A stretch of 64,000 nucleotides of DNA, taken from contig JAKACD010000002.1 of the NCBI GenBank assembly GCA_021821785.1, forward strand, positions 1,629-65,628. Reading direction: 5' to 3'. Below, piece after piece: positions 1 to 9,002 of this stretch (the stretch's first letter is position 1; each line of letters begins with the position of its first letter). The position numbers and the translations under genes are program-made. Below the pieces are notes generated by a model. It saw only the letters and a list, made by a program, of their open reading frames with translations, was not told the DNA's origin and searched no databases. Source of the stretch: Thermoplasmata archaeon. GTDB lineage: Archaea; Thermoplasmatota; Thermoplasmata; Lutacidiplasmatales; UBA184.

Positions 1-866
1 CCGGCTTCGACGACCGCGTAGTCCGCGGTGGCGAGCGCGAGCTCGATCGCGAGCCGGCTCGTGGTGCCGTGGGCCAGGTTGCCGAACGGTCCCGTGTGGA
101 TGAGCGCCGGAACCCCTTCGGAGGTCTGCACGAGGTTCGGCTCGAGGGCGTCCCGGAGGAGCGCCGCCATCGCCCCGGCCGCCTTCAAGTCGGCCGCGCG
201 CACCACGCCGCCGGTCCGCGTGTAGGCCGCGAGGACCCGCGAGAGGCGTTCCTTGAGGTCCCGGTAGTCCCGGGCCAGGGCCAGGACCACCATCACCTCG
301 CTTGCGGCCGTGATGAGGAAGGAGCCGTCATGCGCGACGAACCGGGGATCGGGCCCCTTGCCGAGGACGATGTGCCGGAGCGCCCGGTCCTCCATGTCGA
401 GGGTGCGGGGCCAGGTGATCCGCGTGGGATCGATTCCGAGGGCGTTCCCGTGGAACAGGTGATTGTCGATCAGCGCCGAGAGCAGGTTGTGCGCGGACGC
501 AACCGCGTAGATGTCACCGGTGAATCCGAGGTTGATCTCGTCCGACGGCTCGACCGTCGACCGACCCCCTCCGGTGGCCCCGCCCTTCACTCCAAAGACC
601 GGACCGAGCGATGGCTGGCGAAGGCACGGCACCGCGGTGCGTCCGATCCGCGCGAACGCATCGGCGAGCCCGATCGTGGTGACCGTCTTTCCCTCGCCGT
701 GCTTGGTCGGGGTCATCCCGGTCACGAGGATCAGCTTCCCCCGACGGCCGCGATCGAGGCGCGTGCGGACGGCCGACACCGAGACCTTCCCGATGTTCCG
801 ACCCGCGGGGTGTACTTCGTCCGGCCCCAGTCCCAGCGCGGCCGAGAGCTCTGCCAGCGTCCGCAT
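1..866 (-). CDS. fhs: Formate--tetrahydrofolate ligase (5' part; runs off left window edge)
   Basis: Not in the ORF track. Manual translation from ATG at 866: MRTLAELSAALGLGPDEVHPAGRNIGKV...KLILVTGMTPTKHGEGKTVTTIGLADA...RQPSLGPVFGVKGGATGGG...INLGFTGDIYAV...HTGPFGNLAHG, which are the Fhs signature motifs. Confidence 0.95.
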   Translation of the reverse strand, partial: MRTLAELSAALGLGPDEVHPAGRNIGKVSVSAVRTRLDRGRRGKLILVTGMTPTKHGEGKTVTTIGLADAFARIGRTAVPCLRQPSLGPVFGVKGGATGGGRSTVEPSDEINLGFTGDIYAVASAHNLLSALIDNHLFHGNALGIDPTRITWPRTLDMEDRALRHIVLGKGPDPRFVAHDGSFLITAASEVMVVLALARDYRDLKERLSRVLAAYTRTGGVVRAADLKAAGAMAALLRDALEPNLVQTSEGVPALIHTGPFGNLAHGTTSRLAIELALATADYAVVEA

Positions 867-963
867 GGTACCACTTGCCGGTAGAGCCGTCGTCAGGAGG
901 TCATCAAGCTAACCTATCGTGCCGTTTAGGAGGAGCTTTAATCCGCGGCCGTCTCGGACGACG

Positions 964-1908
964 GTGACGGAGCGCCTGACCCGCGTCGCCGACGATCTCT
1001 CGGCGGCCCTGCGCCTCGGCCGCGACGCGCTGTTCGCGAACCCCGAAGCCGGTTCGGACCCGGCGGCGCACCTTCCGCAGCTCGAGGCGGTCCTGCGCAG
1101 CGGGAGCGACTCGGGGCGTCTCTGGCGCACCGACGCAGGGGCGGTCGGTCTCGCGCTGTGGGAGCCGTTGGGTCCGATCGGACTTGCGGTACAGCTTTTG
1201 TACCTCGCCCCAACGATCGCCTCGGTGGAGAGCTACCGCCGGTTCCTCCTCGCGCTGGACCGGGAGGTCGCGCCGGTCGCGTTCCTCCCTTCCCGTCTTC
1301 CCGGGCTCACGCCCGAGGTCCAGTCCGCGCTGCTCGGGAATCTCGAGTTCCGCCCGTACTCCCGCTCCGACATGGTCCTGCCCGCGGAGCGGTCGATCCC
1401 GGTCGAGGAGCCGTCCCGCGGGCTCGAGGTCCGACCGTACCGACCCGAGGACGTGGAGGCGGTGGCCCGGGTCCATGCGGCGGCGTTCGAGCACCACTTC
1501 GACCGGTATCTCTTCCTCGAGGACCTCGACCCGGTGCAGGACGCCCGGGCGATGCTCCGGGGCCTCGGCTCGGGCCGCTGGGGTCCGTTCCGTCCGGCCG
1601 CCTCGATGGTGGCCGAAGAGCGCGGGAAGATCATCGGCTCGACCCTCGTGGTCGGGACGCCCCAGGGGGCGCTCATCGCCGACGTCGCCGTCGACCCCGC
1701 CCACGGTGGGCGGGGGGTGGGCCGCAGCCTCATGGTCGCAACGATCCGGGCCCTGCGCGCCGGCTCCGCGGACCCGATCCGGTTGGTGGTCACGGAGGGG
1801 AATCCCCGCGCGGTTCGGCTCTACGAGCGCCTCGGGTTCGTGCGTCGGGCCACGTTCCAGGAATGGTACCGGTCGACGCGCGTGCCGGTGGACCCCGAGT
1901 CCGGCTAG
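964..1908 (+). CDS. GNAT-family N-acetyltransferase with C-terminal GNAT domain
   Basis: Acetyl-CoA binding motif VAVDPAHGGRGVGRSLM and NPRAVRLYERLGF. GTG at 964 lies about 22 nt after TTTAAT (937-942); ORF track starts at 919. Confidence 0.85.
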   Translation: MTERLTRVADDLSAALRLGRDALFANPEAGSDPAAHLPQLEAVLRSGSDSGRLWRTDAGAVGLALWEPLGPIGLAVQLLYLAPTIASVESYRRFLLALDREVAPVAFLPSRLPGLTPEVQSALLGNLEFRPYSRSDMVLPAERSIPVEEPSRGLEVRPYRPEDVEAVARVHAAAFEHHFDRYLFLEDLDPVQDARAMLRGLGSGRWGPFRPAASMVAEERGKIIGSTLVVGTPQGALIADVAVDPAHGGRGVGRSLMVATIRALRAGSADPIRLVVTEGNPRAVRLYERLGFVRRATFQEWYRSTRVPVDPESG

Positions 1909-3236
1909 ACGGGCTCGGCGGCCGGCTCGACCTCTTCGTGCGGCTGGTACCCCAGGCGCCGGAGCGCGCCGAACGAGACGACCATGAGGAGCGCGAAGAG
2001 GACGATCGCTCCGCCGGCCGTGAGGTAGGTCCCCTGGACCCCGAGGGCCAGGACAAGGAGCCCGCCCGCGAACTGGCCGACGGGGACGAGCGCGTAGCTC
2101 CCGACCTCGTCCGCCGAGAAGACCCGGCCCATCATCTCGTCGGGGACCGTCGCCTGGACGGTCGAGAGGAAGATCGTCATGATCATGCCCGGCATGAGCC
2201 CGTACACGAAGGCGATCGGGAGCGCGAGCCAGACCGACCGGACGAGGCCGAAGGCGAGGAGCGCGATCCCCATGAGCCCGGTGATGAGGATGATCATCCG
2301 ACCCGCGCGCATCTCGAACTTCAGGTGCGACGCGAGGACGAACCCGATCGCGGTCCCCGCGGTGAGGGTCGCGACAAGCGCCCCGTACCAGATCCCGTTC
2401 GACAGCCCGAGCCAGCTCTGGAGGTAGAGCGCCACCTCCACCAGGGCGAGCGCCGAGAGGAAGTTCACGATCAGGGCGGCCACGGTCATCTCGAGGAGCT
2501 CCCGCCGCCGGCCGAGATAGGCGAAGCCGGCGCGCGCCTCGGTGAGGACCGAGCGGGGCGGGGTCTTCCGCGTGACCGAGAGGTCGACGTCGACCAGGAG
2601 GAGCGCGGTCTGGGTGCCGAAGAAGAGGACGAACGGCACCCCGATTGCATAGACCGCCGAGGTCGCGCCGAGCAGCACTCCGACCCCGATGGTCCCCACG
2701 AGGCTCGAGGCGGCCGCGACCCCGTAGATGAGGCCGTTGGCGCGGCCGAACTGCGCCGCTTCGACGACCCGGGGTACCGCGGTGTTGAAGGCGGGCCGGA
2801 AGAGCGTCGTCGTGACCGTGACGGTCGCCCACAAGGGATACAGGAAGATCACCCAGAGGGGAACGAAGAAGCCGGCGGGCCCCGGCAACGGGAGCCGGGT
2901 CGCCGGGCCGTAGACGATATCGGCGGCGATCAGCACGGTCGCCACGATCGACAGCAGGTTGATCGCCCGCATCAGGCGGCCCCGGTCGTACCGGTCCGCG
3001 AGGGCCCCGCTGAAGAACGCACCGACCAGCGTGGGGATCGCCGAGGAGAGGCCCAGGAAGGCGAGATCGAGCGCGACGTAGGCGGTGCGGCTTCCGGTGG
3101 GCACCCCCTGGTAGGCGAACGTGACGAGATAGAGCAGAGCGACCAGGAGCGAGCTCGGGGCGGCGAACTGGAGCGCCCCGGCCGCCAGGAACGCGGGGAA
3201 CGATGGCTGTCGAACGAGCGCGCTGTACCGGCCCAG
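1905..3236 (-). CDS. MFS transporter
   Basis: About 12 hydrophobic helices and MFS loop motif GALADRYDRGRLM. The reading frame stays membrane-protein-like upstream of the ORF-track start (3104) up to a CTG at 3236 preceded by AGGAGG. Confidence 0.85.
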   Translation of the reverse strand: MGRYSALVRQPSFPAFLAAGALQFAAPSSLLVALLYLVTFAYQGVPTGSRTAYVALDLAFLGLSSAIPTLVGAFFSGALADRYDRGRLMRAINLLSIVATVLIAADIVYGPATRLPLPGPAGFFVPLWVIFLYPLWATVTVTTTLFRPAFNTAVPRVVEAAQFGRANGLIYGVAAASSLVGTIGVGVLLGATSAVYAIGVPFVLFFGTQTALLLVDVDLSVTRKTPPRSVLTEARAGFAYLGRRRELLEMTVAALIVNFLSALALVEVALYLQSWLGLSNGIWYGALVATLTAGTAIGFVLASHLKFEMRAGRMIILITGLMGIALLAFGLVRSVWLALPIAFVYGLMPGMIMTIFLSTVQATVPDEMMGRVFSADEVGSYALVPVGQFAGGLLVLALGVQGTYLTAGGAIVLFALLMVVSFGALRRLGYQPHEEVEPAAEPV

Positions 3237-3372
3237 GGGCTCCCTCCTACCCGGTAGAGCTCCCGAGCGGAGGGGGGCGCGATAAGCCTATCGACGGAAC
3301 GGTCAGGGACCGGGGTCTCCATCGAAACGGGCTTGTACTCTGCCTTCGTGCTCGAGCCGCTGGGACCTCACT

Positions 3373-4482
3373 GTGCGTCTCCTCCACCGCGACCCCTCGA
3401 CCGGACTCCTTCGCCTCAGGCTCGAGACGCCGAGCGATCTCTGGCGGATCGCCCGTCTCATCCGGCCCGGGGACCGGGTCGGCGCCTCCACGACCCGACG
3501 CGACCCCGAAGCCCCCGCCGACGTCGCGAGTGCGGAGCGCAGCCGACGACGGGTCTTCCTCACGGTCCGGGTCGAGCAGGTCGAGTTCCACGGGTTCTCC
3601 CAGCACGTTCGGCTCACCGGCCCGATCGTCGAGGGACCGTTCGATATCGGACGGCACCACACGCTCGACCTGACGGAGGGGGAGGAGGTCACCCTCGCCA
3701 AGCCCGCCGTCTCGGCCGGGGAGCGGACCCTCCTCGAGGAAGGATTGGCCGGGAAGGGAGAACCGACGATCCTCATCGCCGCCGTCGACTGGGGCGACTC
3801 CTCGTTCGTCCGCCTGCGCGGCCGCGCCGTCGAGCCGATCGCCGATGTCCGCCGGACGATCGCCGGCAAGCGCTACGCCGGCGGCCAAGGAGAGAAGGAC
3901 CGCGCGAGCTACGTCGCCGAGCTCGTCGCGCTCCTCCGCCGGGAGGCGCCGACCGCGTCCGCGGTCGTGGTGGCGGGTCCCGGCTTCCTGAAGGAGGAGC
4001 TGCTGCGCGTGCTCTCCGAGGAGGATCCGGCGCTCGGCAAGCGGGTCCGCCTCTACCCGACCTCGGAGGCCGGGCGGGTCGGCGTCGACGAGCTCCTGCG
4101 CTCCGGCAAGGCGAGCGAGGCGCTCCAGGGGAGCGTCGCCGCCGAGGAGACCGCCGTCGTGGAGCGGCTCGTTCGGGCGCTCGCCGGGGGCGTCCGAGCC
4201 GCGGTCGGTCCGCGGGAGGTCGCCGAGGCCGTGGAGGCCGGGGCGGCGGAGACGCTCCTCGTCTCGGACCGGCTCCTCACCGACCCCACGCTCGCGCCGG
4301 TGTTCGAGGCGGCCCGGGCGGGCCAGGCCCGGCTGTTCGTGGTGCGAGAAGAAGGGGACGCGGGAAAGCGCCTGCGCGCGTTCGGGGGGATCGGGGCCCT
4401 CTTGCGCTACGACTGGGTCAGCCCGTCGCGCGCTACGGGATCGCCTGGATCGCTTCCCGGCTCTCCTCGAAGCGGCGCTTGA
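3373..4482 (+). CDS. pelA: mRNA surveillance protein Pelota/Dom34
   Basis: SDLWRIARLIRPGD, EFHGFSQHVRLTG, GRHHTLDL, VAGPGFLKE (PGF motif), C-terminal FGGIGALLRY. Confidence 0.95.
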   Translation: MRLLHRDPSTGLLRLRLETPSDLWRIARLIRPGDRVGASTTRRDPEAPADVASAERSRRRVFLTVRVEQVEFHGFSQHVRLTGPIVEGPFDIGRHHTLDLTEGEEVTLAKPAVSAGERTLLEEGLAGKGEPTILIAAVDWGDSSFVRLRGRAVEPIADVRRTIAGKRYAGGQGEKDRASYVAELVALLRREAPTASAVVVAGPGFLKEELLRVLSEEDPALGKRVRLYPTSEAGRVGVDELLRSGKASEALQGSVAAEETAVVERLVRALAGGVRAAVGPREVAEAVEAGAAETLLVSDRLLTDPTLAPVFEAARAGQARLFVVREEGDAGKRLRAFGGIGALLRYDWVSPSRATGSPGSLPGSPRSGA

Positions 4483-5278
4483 GGTCCTTCAGGGCGTAGC
4501 GCAGCGCCTCGCGGGGAGTGAGCGCCCCGTCCGTATCGAACCGAAGGAAGAAGCGCTCGGTGTCGGGTTCGACCGAGATCGAGCCGTGCTCGCACGACTC
4601 CTCGCACGCCCCGCAGTCGATGCACTTCGGTTCGTCGGTGACGGAGAGCTTGCCGTTAGAGAACTCAAGGATCTTCACGGGGCAGGAGGCCGCGGTGCGC
4701 TTCAGGCAGGCGTCCGAGCACCCTTCCTTGCGGGCGATCTTGACGTGGGGCCGGGGGAACATCCCGACACCGTGGGCGACCTGCCACTTCGCGTGCTCGC
4801 GCGCGGTGCCGACGACCGCGGTCGCGTAGGCGAGGAGTGCCTGGCGGGCGCCGAGCCGCACGATGGGCACGTCCGGCTCGAGGATCGCGAGCGAGGCATC
4901 CCCGAGGGGGACGACGTCCTTCGCATAGACGGTGCAGGGGCCTTTCTTGTCGACGGAGTACATCACCTGGCAGTGCGGGCAGCCCGTCCCCCCGCACTCG
5001 CACTCCGAGCGGCGGCGGAACTGCGAAAGGTCGGTGGGGATCGGAAGGAGGCCGAGCCGGAGCGCGACCGCCTCGTCGAACATGCTCGTCGAGGAATCGT
5101 AGTCCTTCCCCGTCGCTTCGTCCCGGATCGGACCCAGGTGGAACTCCACATCCTCGATCGCGAGCTTGGGGATGTCGGAGAGCAGGGTGCGGCGGATGGC
5201 ATTCACCTGGCTCGCGGTGACCGCGTCGAACTCGAGCCGGGTCGAGCGGGGGGTGAGCTCCTCGATCGTGACGCCCAT
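4433..5278 (-). CDS. rpoD: DNA-directed RNA polymerase subunit D (Rpo3) with ferredoxin-like Fe-S insert
   Basis: VNAIRRTLLSDIPKLAIEDVEF, RLGLLPI, REHAKWQ, CIDCGAC; last gene of the S13-S4-S11 cluster. Confidence 0.95.
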   Translation of the reverse strand: MGVTIEELTPRSTRLEFDAVTASQVNAIRRTLLSDIPKLAIEDVEFHLGPIRDEATGKDYDSSTSMFDEAVALRLGLLPIPTDLSQFRRRSECECGGTGCPHCQVMYSVDKKGPCTVYAKDVVPLGDASLAILEPDVPIVRLGARQALLAYATAVVGTAREHAKWQVAHGVGMFPRPHVKIARKEGCSDACLKRTAASCPVKILEFSNGKLSVTDEPKCIDCGACEESCEHGSISVEPDTERFFLRFDTDGALTPREALRYALKDLKRRFEESREAIQAIP

Positions 5279-5281
5279 CGT

Positions 5282-5665
5282 CTACACTCGCCGTCCGCGG
5301 CGTCCTCCCTTCGGTTTGGTCCCGTCGTGAGGGACCGGGGTGACGTCCTCGATCCGCTGGATCTTGACGCCGGCCCGCGCGAGCGCGCGGATCGCGGCCT
5401 GGGCGCCCGGACCCGGGGAACGGGAGCGGTTCCCGCCCGGGGCACGGACCCGGACATGCAACGTGTCGTAGCCCTTCTCCTTGATCGCGGCCGCGATCTG
5501 GTCGGCGGCCTTCATCGCCGCGTACGGGCTCGACTCGTCCCGCGCCGCCTTGACGACCATGCCGCCGGTCGCCTTCGCGAGGGTCTCGGCGCCGGTGATG
5601 TCGGTGACGGTGATGTGGATGTTGTTGTAGCTCGCGAAGATGTGCGCGATCCCGATCTTCGCCAT
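5282..5665 (-). CDS. rps11: 30S ribosomal protein S11
   Basis: [28 protein letters not shown]...DESSPYAAM...[14 protein letters not shown]...[11 protein letters not shown]; ATG at 5665. Confidence 0.97.
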   Translation of the reverse strand: MAKIGIAHIFASYNNIHITVTDITGAETLAKATGGMVVKAARDESSPYAAMKAADQIAAAIKEKGYDTLHVRVRAPGGNRSRSPGPGAQAAIRALARAGVKIQRIEDVTPVPHDGTKPKGGRRGRRV

Positions 5666-5667
5666 GC

Positions 5668-6267
5668 TCACGCCCCTCCTTCCGAGGGCGCGGCCGGGGC
5701 GGTCCCGACCGGCGGCGCGGCCCGGGCCTCGAGCCGGGCCCGGAGGTCGACCCGGACCGAGTGCTCGTCGTTCGCGAGCGGGCTCGTGGGCGAGTAGCTG
5801 ATTCGGGCCTCGTCCGCCGAGGGGACCAGGAAACCGGGCCGAGTGACCCGATGGTCCCCGATCGCGAGGTGTCCGTGCACGATCCATTGCCGCGCGCCGA
5901 ACGGTGTCGGGGCGAGTCCTTTCGTGAAGACGATCCACTCGAAGCGGCGGCGCAGCAGGTCCTCGGTCGAGAGCCCGAGCACATCGTCGATGGTCGGCGT
6001 TCCGACCGGCAGGATACCGAGTCGGGTCAGGCGGCCGAGCAGCTGATCGGTCTCGCGACGGGCCTGGGTTTCCCCCGCCCTGAGCCGCGCTTGGAGGTCG
6101 CGCGCCTGGCGACGGAAGCCGCGCAGCACGGACTGGGCCTTCCAGAGCTCCCGCTTGTTCTTGAGACCGTACTTCTGGAGCAGCTTACGCTCCTCCTCCA
6201 TCCGGCCGGCTTCCCACGGGTGCTTCGGCGTCTCGTACGTCCGGCGGAGGAACTTCGGGTCGCCCAC
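5668..6267 (-). CDS. rps4: 30S ribosomal protein S4
   Basis: [19 protein letters not shown]...[12 protein letters not shown]...[15 protein letters not shown]...ARQWIVHGH. Confidence 0.97.
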   Translation of the reverse strand: MGDPKFLRRTYETPKHPWEAGRMEEERKLLQKYGLKNKRELWKAQSVLRGFRRQARDLQARLRAGETQARRETDQLLGRLTRLGILPVGTPTIDDVLGLSTEDLLRRRFEWIVFTKGLAPTPFGARQWIVHGHLAIGDHRVTRPGFLVPSADEARISYSPTSPLANDEHSVRVDLRARLEARAAPPVGTAPAAPSEGGA

Positions 6268-6274
6268 GGATTTT

Positions 6275-6993
6275 CTACTCCTTCTTCGGGGCCGCCGGCG
6301 CCGCCGCCGGCGCGGCGGCCTCTTCCTTTCCGGCCGCCGCGGCCGCTTCCTTCGCCGCCTTCTTCAGCACACCGGCCGCCATCCCCGTGCGGCCGTTTGA
6401 GCGGGTGCGCTGTCCGCGGACCTTCTGTCCGCGCTCGTGGCGGACCCCGCGGTAGCTGCGGACCATGCGCATCTGGTTGATGTCGTCCCGGCGGCGGGTC
6501 TCGAGGTCGGGACCGATGAAGTGGGGGAACTCGCCGGCGATCGGCTCGCGGGGGTGGTTCACCATCCAGGAAGGGACCTTGGTGCTGAGCTGGCCGAGGG
6601 TCGTCTCGATCCCTTCGACCGTCGGCTCGGGGAGATTGCCGATCATCTCCGCGGCGTTGACGTTCGCGAGTCGGCAGGCGACTTCGGCGAGGCGGAGGCC
6701 CACTCCGCGGACGCCGGTGAGAGCGAGCGCGGTCGGGCGCGTGCCGTCGAGGTCGGTGTTCGAGATGCGGACGATGTAGCGGAAGTTCGGGTTGTCGGGG
6801 ACGAGCTTGGTCGGCTTCGCTCCGGGAGCGCCGCGGGACTTGCCCTTCGCTTCCTTGGGCTCCTTGCCCTCCTTCCCTTCCTTGCCCTTCGCGCGCTTCG
6901 AGGGCTTTTCCGCCGCGGGGGCAGCCTCGGGGCTCGCGGCGGTGGCGGGCGCGGCAGCCGGGGCCTCCTTCGATTCCTTGGGCGCGGTCTCAC
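6275..6993 (-). CDS. rps13: 30S ribosomal protein S13 with K/A/E-rich N- and C-terminal extensions; start codon one base out of frame
   Basis: In-frame translation upstream of the ORF-track start gives FRYIVRISNTDLDG...ALTGVRGVGLRLA, then DDINQMRMVRSYRGVRHERGQKVRGQRTRSNGR. There is no in-frame NTG upstream; GTG at 6993 is off by one base. Confidence 0.92.
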
Positions 6994-7068
6994 TCCCCTC
7001 TGGTGCGGGCCGACGATGGATGGCCGAAGGAGAGCAGACGCCCGCCGTTCGACCCCCGCATCGAGGGC
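6991..7068 (-). promoter_or_regulatory. Structured 5' leader of the rps13 operon with kink-turn consensus
   Basis: TGCGGG (7060-7055) pairs with CCCGCA (7009-7004), followed by a 3-nt bulge CCA, tandem G.A/A.G, then G-C, G.U, G-C, G-C; ends 2 nt before GTG. Confidence 0.5.
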
Positions 7069-7090
7069 GGGGCCGCCGAGCAGACCCTTC

Positions 7091-7098
7091 CTTTTAAG
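7091..7098 (-). promoter_or_regulatory. TATA box for the rps13-rps4-rps11-rpoD operon
   Basis: CTTAAAAG on minus strand in otherwise very GC-rich DNA, about 25-30 nt upstream of the leader; it overlaps the TAA of the upstream methyltransferase. Confidence 0.6.
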
Positions 7099-7825
7099 CG
7101 CTTCGGCCGGCCGGGGAGCGCCGGGGGCCGGTCGGGGCCCGTGGCGCGCCGCCGCGGACCGCCCGGGCCCGTCGAGGGCTCTCGGGCCCGGCTCGGGGAG
7201 GCGGAGCCAGCTTCGCCTCGACCACGCGGAAGCCCGAGCCGCGGCCGAGCACCGAGACGGTCCCGGGCCAGTGGGCGACGAGCCATTCCTGGTAGTACCG
7301 GATGCCTTCGCTCCCCTTCCCGACGAGGAGGAGCCGACCCCCTGGCAGGAGGTGGGCGGGGGCTTCCGAGAGAATCCGCAGGATCTGCTCGCGGCCGATC
7401 CGGTACGGCGGGTTCGTCGCCACCACGTCGAACCGCTCATCGGGCACGGGCTCGTAGAAGGCACCGATACGGACCTCCCCGTTCGCGACGTGGTTCCGCG
7501 CGAGGTTCGCCCGCGCGAGCCGCGCGGCCCGACGGTTCACCTCGGTAAGGACCACGTGGCCCTCGGGGCTCGCTTTCGCCGCAGCGACCCCCACCGCCCC
7601 CCAGCCACAGCCGAGGTCGAGGACCCGGTCCTTTCGTCCGAGCCCGAGGTGCTCGATGAGGAGCGCGGTCCCGGGATCGAGGCCGTGGGACGAGAAGACC
7701 CCCGCGTCCACCGTGAACGCGAGGAGCTCGCCTCGGTAGAGGAACCGGCGCTCGAGGGGGGCCGACCGGGACCGTGGCCGCTCGGTCCAGTACGTCTCCT
7801 CGACGTGCGGCGGCGCGCGGTCCAT
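7094..7825 (-). CDS. Class I SAM-dependent methyltransferase (RsmC/MTS small-domain type)
   Basis: GVFSSHGLDPGTALLIE, VLDLGCGWGAVG, VATNPPY. Confidence 0.9.
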   Translation of the reverse strand: MDRAPPHVEETYWTERPRSRSAPLERRFLYRGELLAFTVDAGVFSSHGLDPGTALLIEHLGLGRKDRVLDLGCGWGAVGVAAAKASPEGHVVLTEVNRRAARLARANLARNHVANGEVRIGAFYEPVPDERFDVVATNPPYRIGREQILRILSEAPAHLLPGGRLLLVGKGSEGIRYYQEWLVAHWPGTVSVLGRGSGFRVVEAKLAPPPRAGPESPRRARAVRGGAPRAPTGPRRSPAGRSA

Positions 7826-8977
7826 CTAGCTGGCCCGCCGCCGAAACAGCGGCTCCCGCTTCCCATTGGCCGTCCGAGGAGCCCCGAGCGCTTCCCGCAG
7901 GAGCTCCTTCTCGTGCCCCGAGAGCGAACGAGGTACCTCGACGTGGACGGTGACGATGAGATCGCCCCGGCTCGATCCTCCGAGACGAGGGAACCCTTCC
8001 CCCCGCAGGCGGAACGGCGTCTCGGGCTGGGTTCCTGCCGGGATCGTGAGCTGCGCCTGGCCGTCCACGGTCGGCACGATCGCCGTCCCGCCGAGGAGCG
8101 CGGTGGCGAGCGGGACCGTCGTCTCGGCGAACGCGTCCCGGCCCTCCCGTCGGAGGTGGGGAGAAGCCTCGAACTCCACTTGGACGAAGAGGTCACCGGG
8201 GCGACTGCCCCCGAGCGGCGACGCCATTCCGTGCCCGGGGACGCGCAGCACGGCCCCGTCCTCGATCCCGGCCGGTACGTTCAGCTCGATGCGCTCGACG
8301 CTGCTCAGGCGGCCGCTTCCGTGGCAGGTCGGGCATTTGTCGAGGATGCGGCGTCCGCTGCCGTGGCACCGGGGACATTCGCCGATCGTGAGCAACTGGG
8401 CGAACCCGGTCGAGCGGACCTGGCGGACCTGCCCTTCCCCGTGGCACTCGGGACAGGTCTCGAGCGCCGTACCGTGGAGTGCCCCGGTTCCCTTGCAGTC
8501 CGCGCACGGGTTCGAGCGCGGCACCTCGATCGTCGGTCGCGCGCCGTGGACGGCGGCCGACAGCGGGAGCCGGACCGTGAGCTCCACGTCGCTGCCCCGC
8601 CGGGGCGCGCCGGACATCCCCCCGCCGCCGAAGGGGGAGCCGAAGCCACCAAAGAACTGGCGGAAGAGCGGGGAGGCGCCGAGCAGGTCCTCGAGGTCCC
8701 CCATATGGGTGAAGTTCTGCCAGCTGAAGCCGCCGGGGCCGAAGTCGGGAGTGACGCCGGAGAAGCCCATCTGGTCGTATCGCTGCCGCTTCTCCTCGTC
8801 GGCCAGGACCTCGTACGCCTCCGAGATCTCCTTGAACTTCTCCTCCGCCGCCTTCGGGTTCTCCTTGGCGACGTCGGGGTGATACTGCCGGGCGAGTCGC
8901 CGATAGGCGGACTTGATCTCGTCCTGGGACGCGGACTTCGGTACCCCGAGGACCTCGTAGTAGTCTCGCTTGGGCAT
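7826..8977 (-). CDS. dnaJ: Chaperone DnaJ
   Basis: J domain with HPD, G/F-rich region, four CxxCxGxG repeats, C-terminal GDLFV/GDLIV. Confidence 0.97.
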   Translation of the reverse strand: MPKRDYYEVLGVPKSASQDEIKSAYRRLARQYHPDVAKENPKAAEEKFKEISEAYEVLADEEKRQRYDQMGFSGVTPDFGPGGFSWQNFTHMGDLEDLLGASPLFRQFFGGFGSPFGGGGMSGAPRRGSDVELTVRLPLSAAVHGARPTIEVPRSNPCADCKGTGALHGTALETCPECHGEGQVRQVRSTGFAQLLTIGECPRCHGSGRRILDKCPTCHGSGRLSSVERIELNVPAGIEDGAVLRVPGHGMASPLGGSRPGDLFVQVEFEASPHLRREGRDAFAETTVPLATALLGGTAIVPTVDGQAQLTIPAGTQPETPFRLRGEGFPRLGGSSRGDLIVTVHVEVPRSLSGHEKELLREALGAPRTANGKREPLFRRRAS

Positions 8978-9002
8978 GAACGGATGGGTCGCCGACCCGG
9001 AC

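Noticed and set aside
6990-7061. prfB-like +1 frameshift from the 23-codon upstream ORF (ATG 7061, stop TGA 6992-6990) into rps13
   Set aside because: The P-site codon GAG could not re-pair on the +1 codon AGT; a single-base consensus error is simpler.
6995-7070. tRNA upstream of rps13 (ends ...CCCGCACCA; a tRNA-Ser precedes this operon in haloarchaea)
   Set aside because: No D arm, anticodon arm or TTCRA loop in the right order on the minus strand; the pairing fits a single long hairpin instead.
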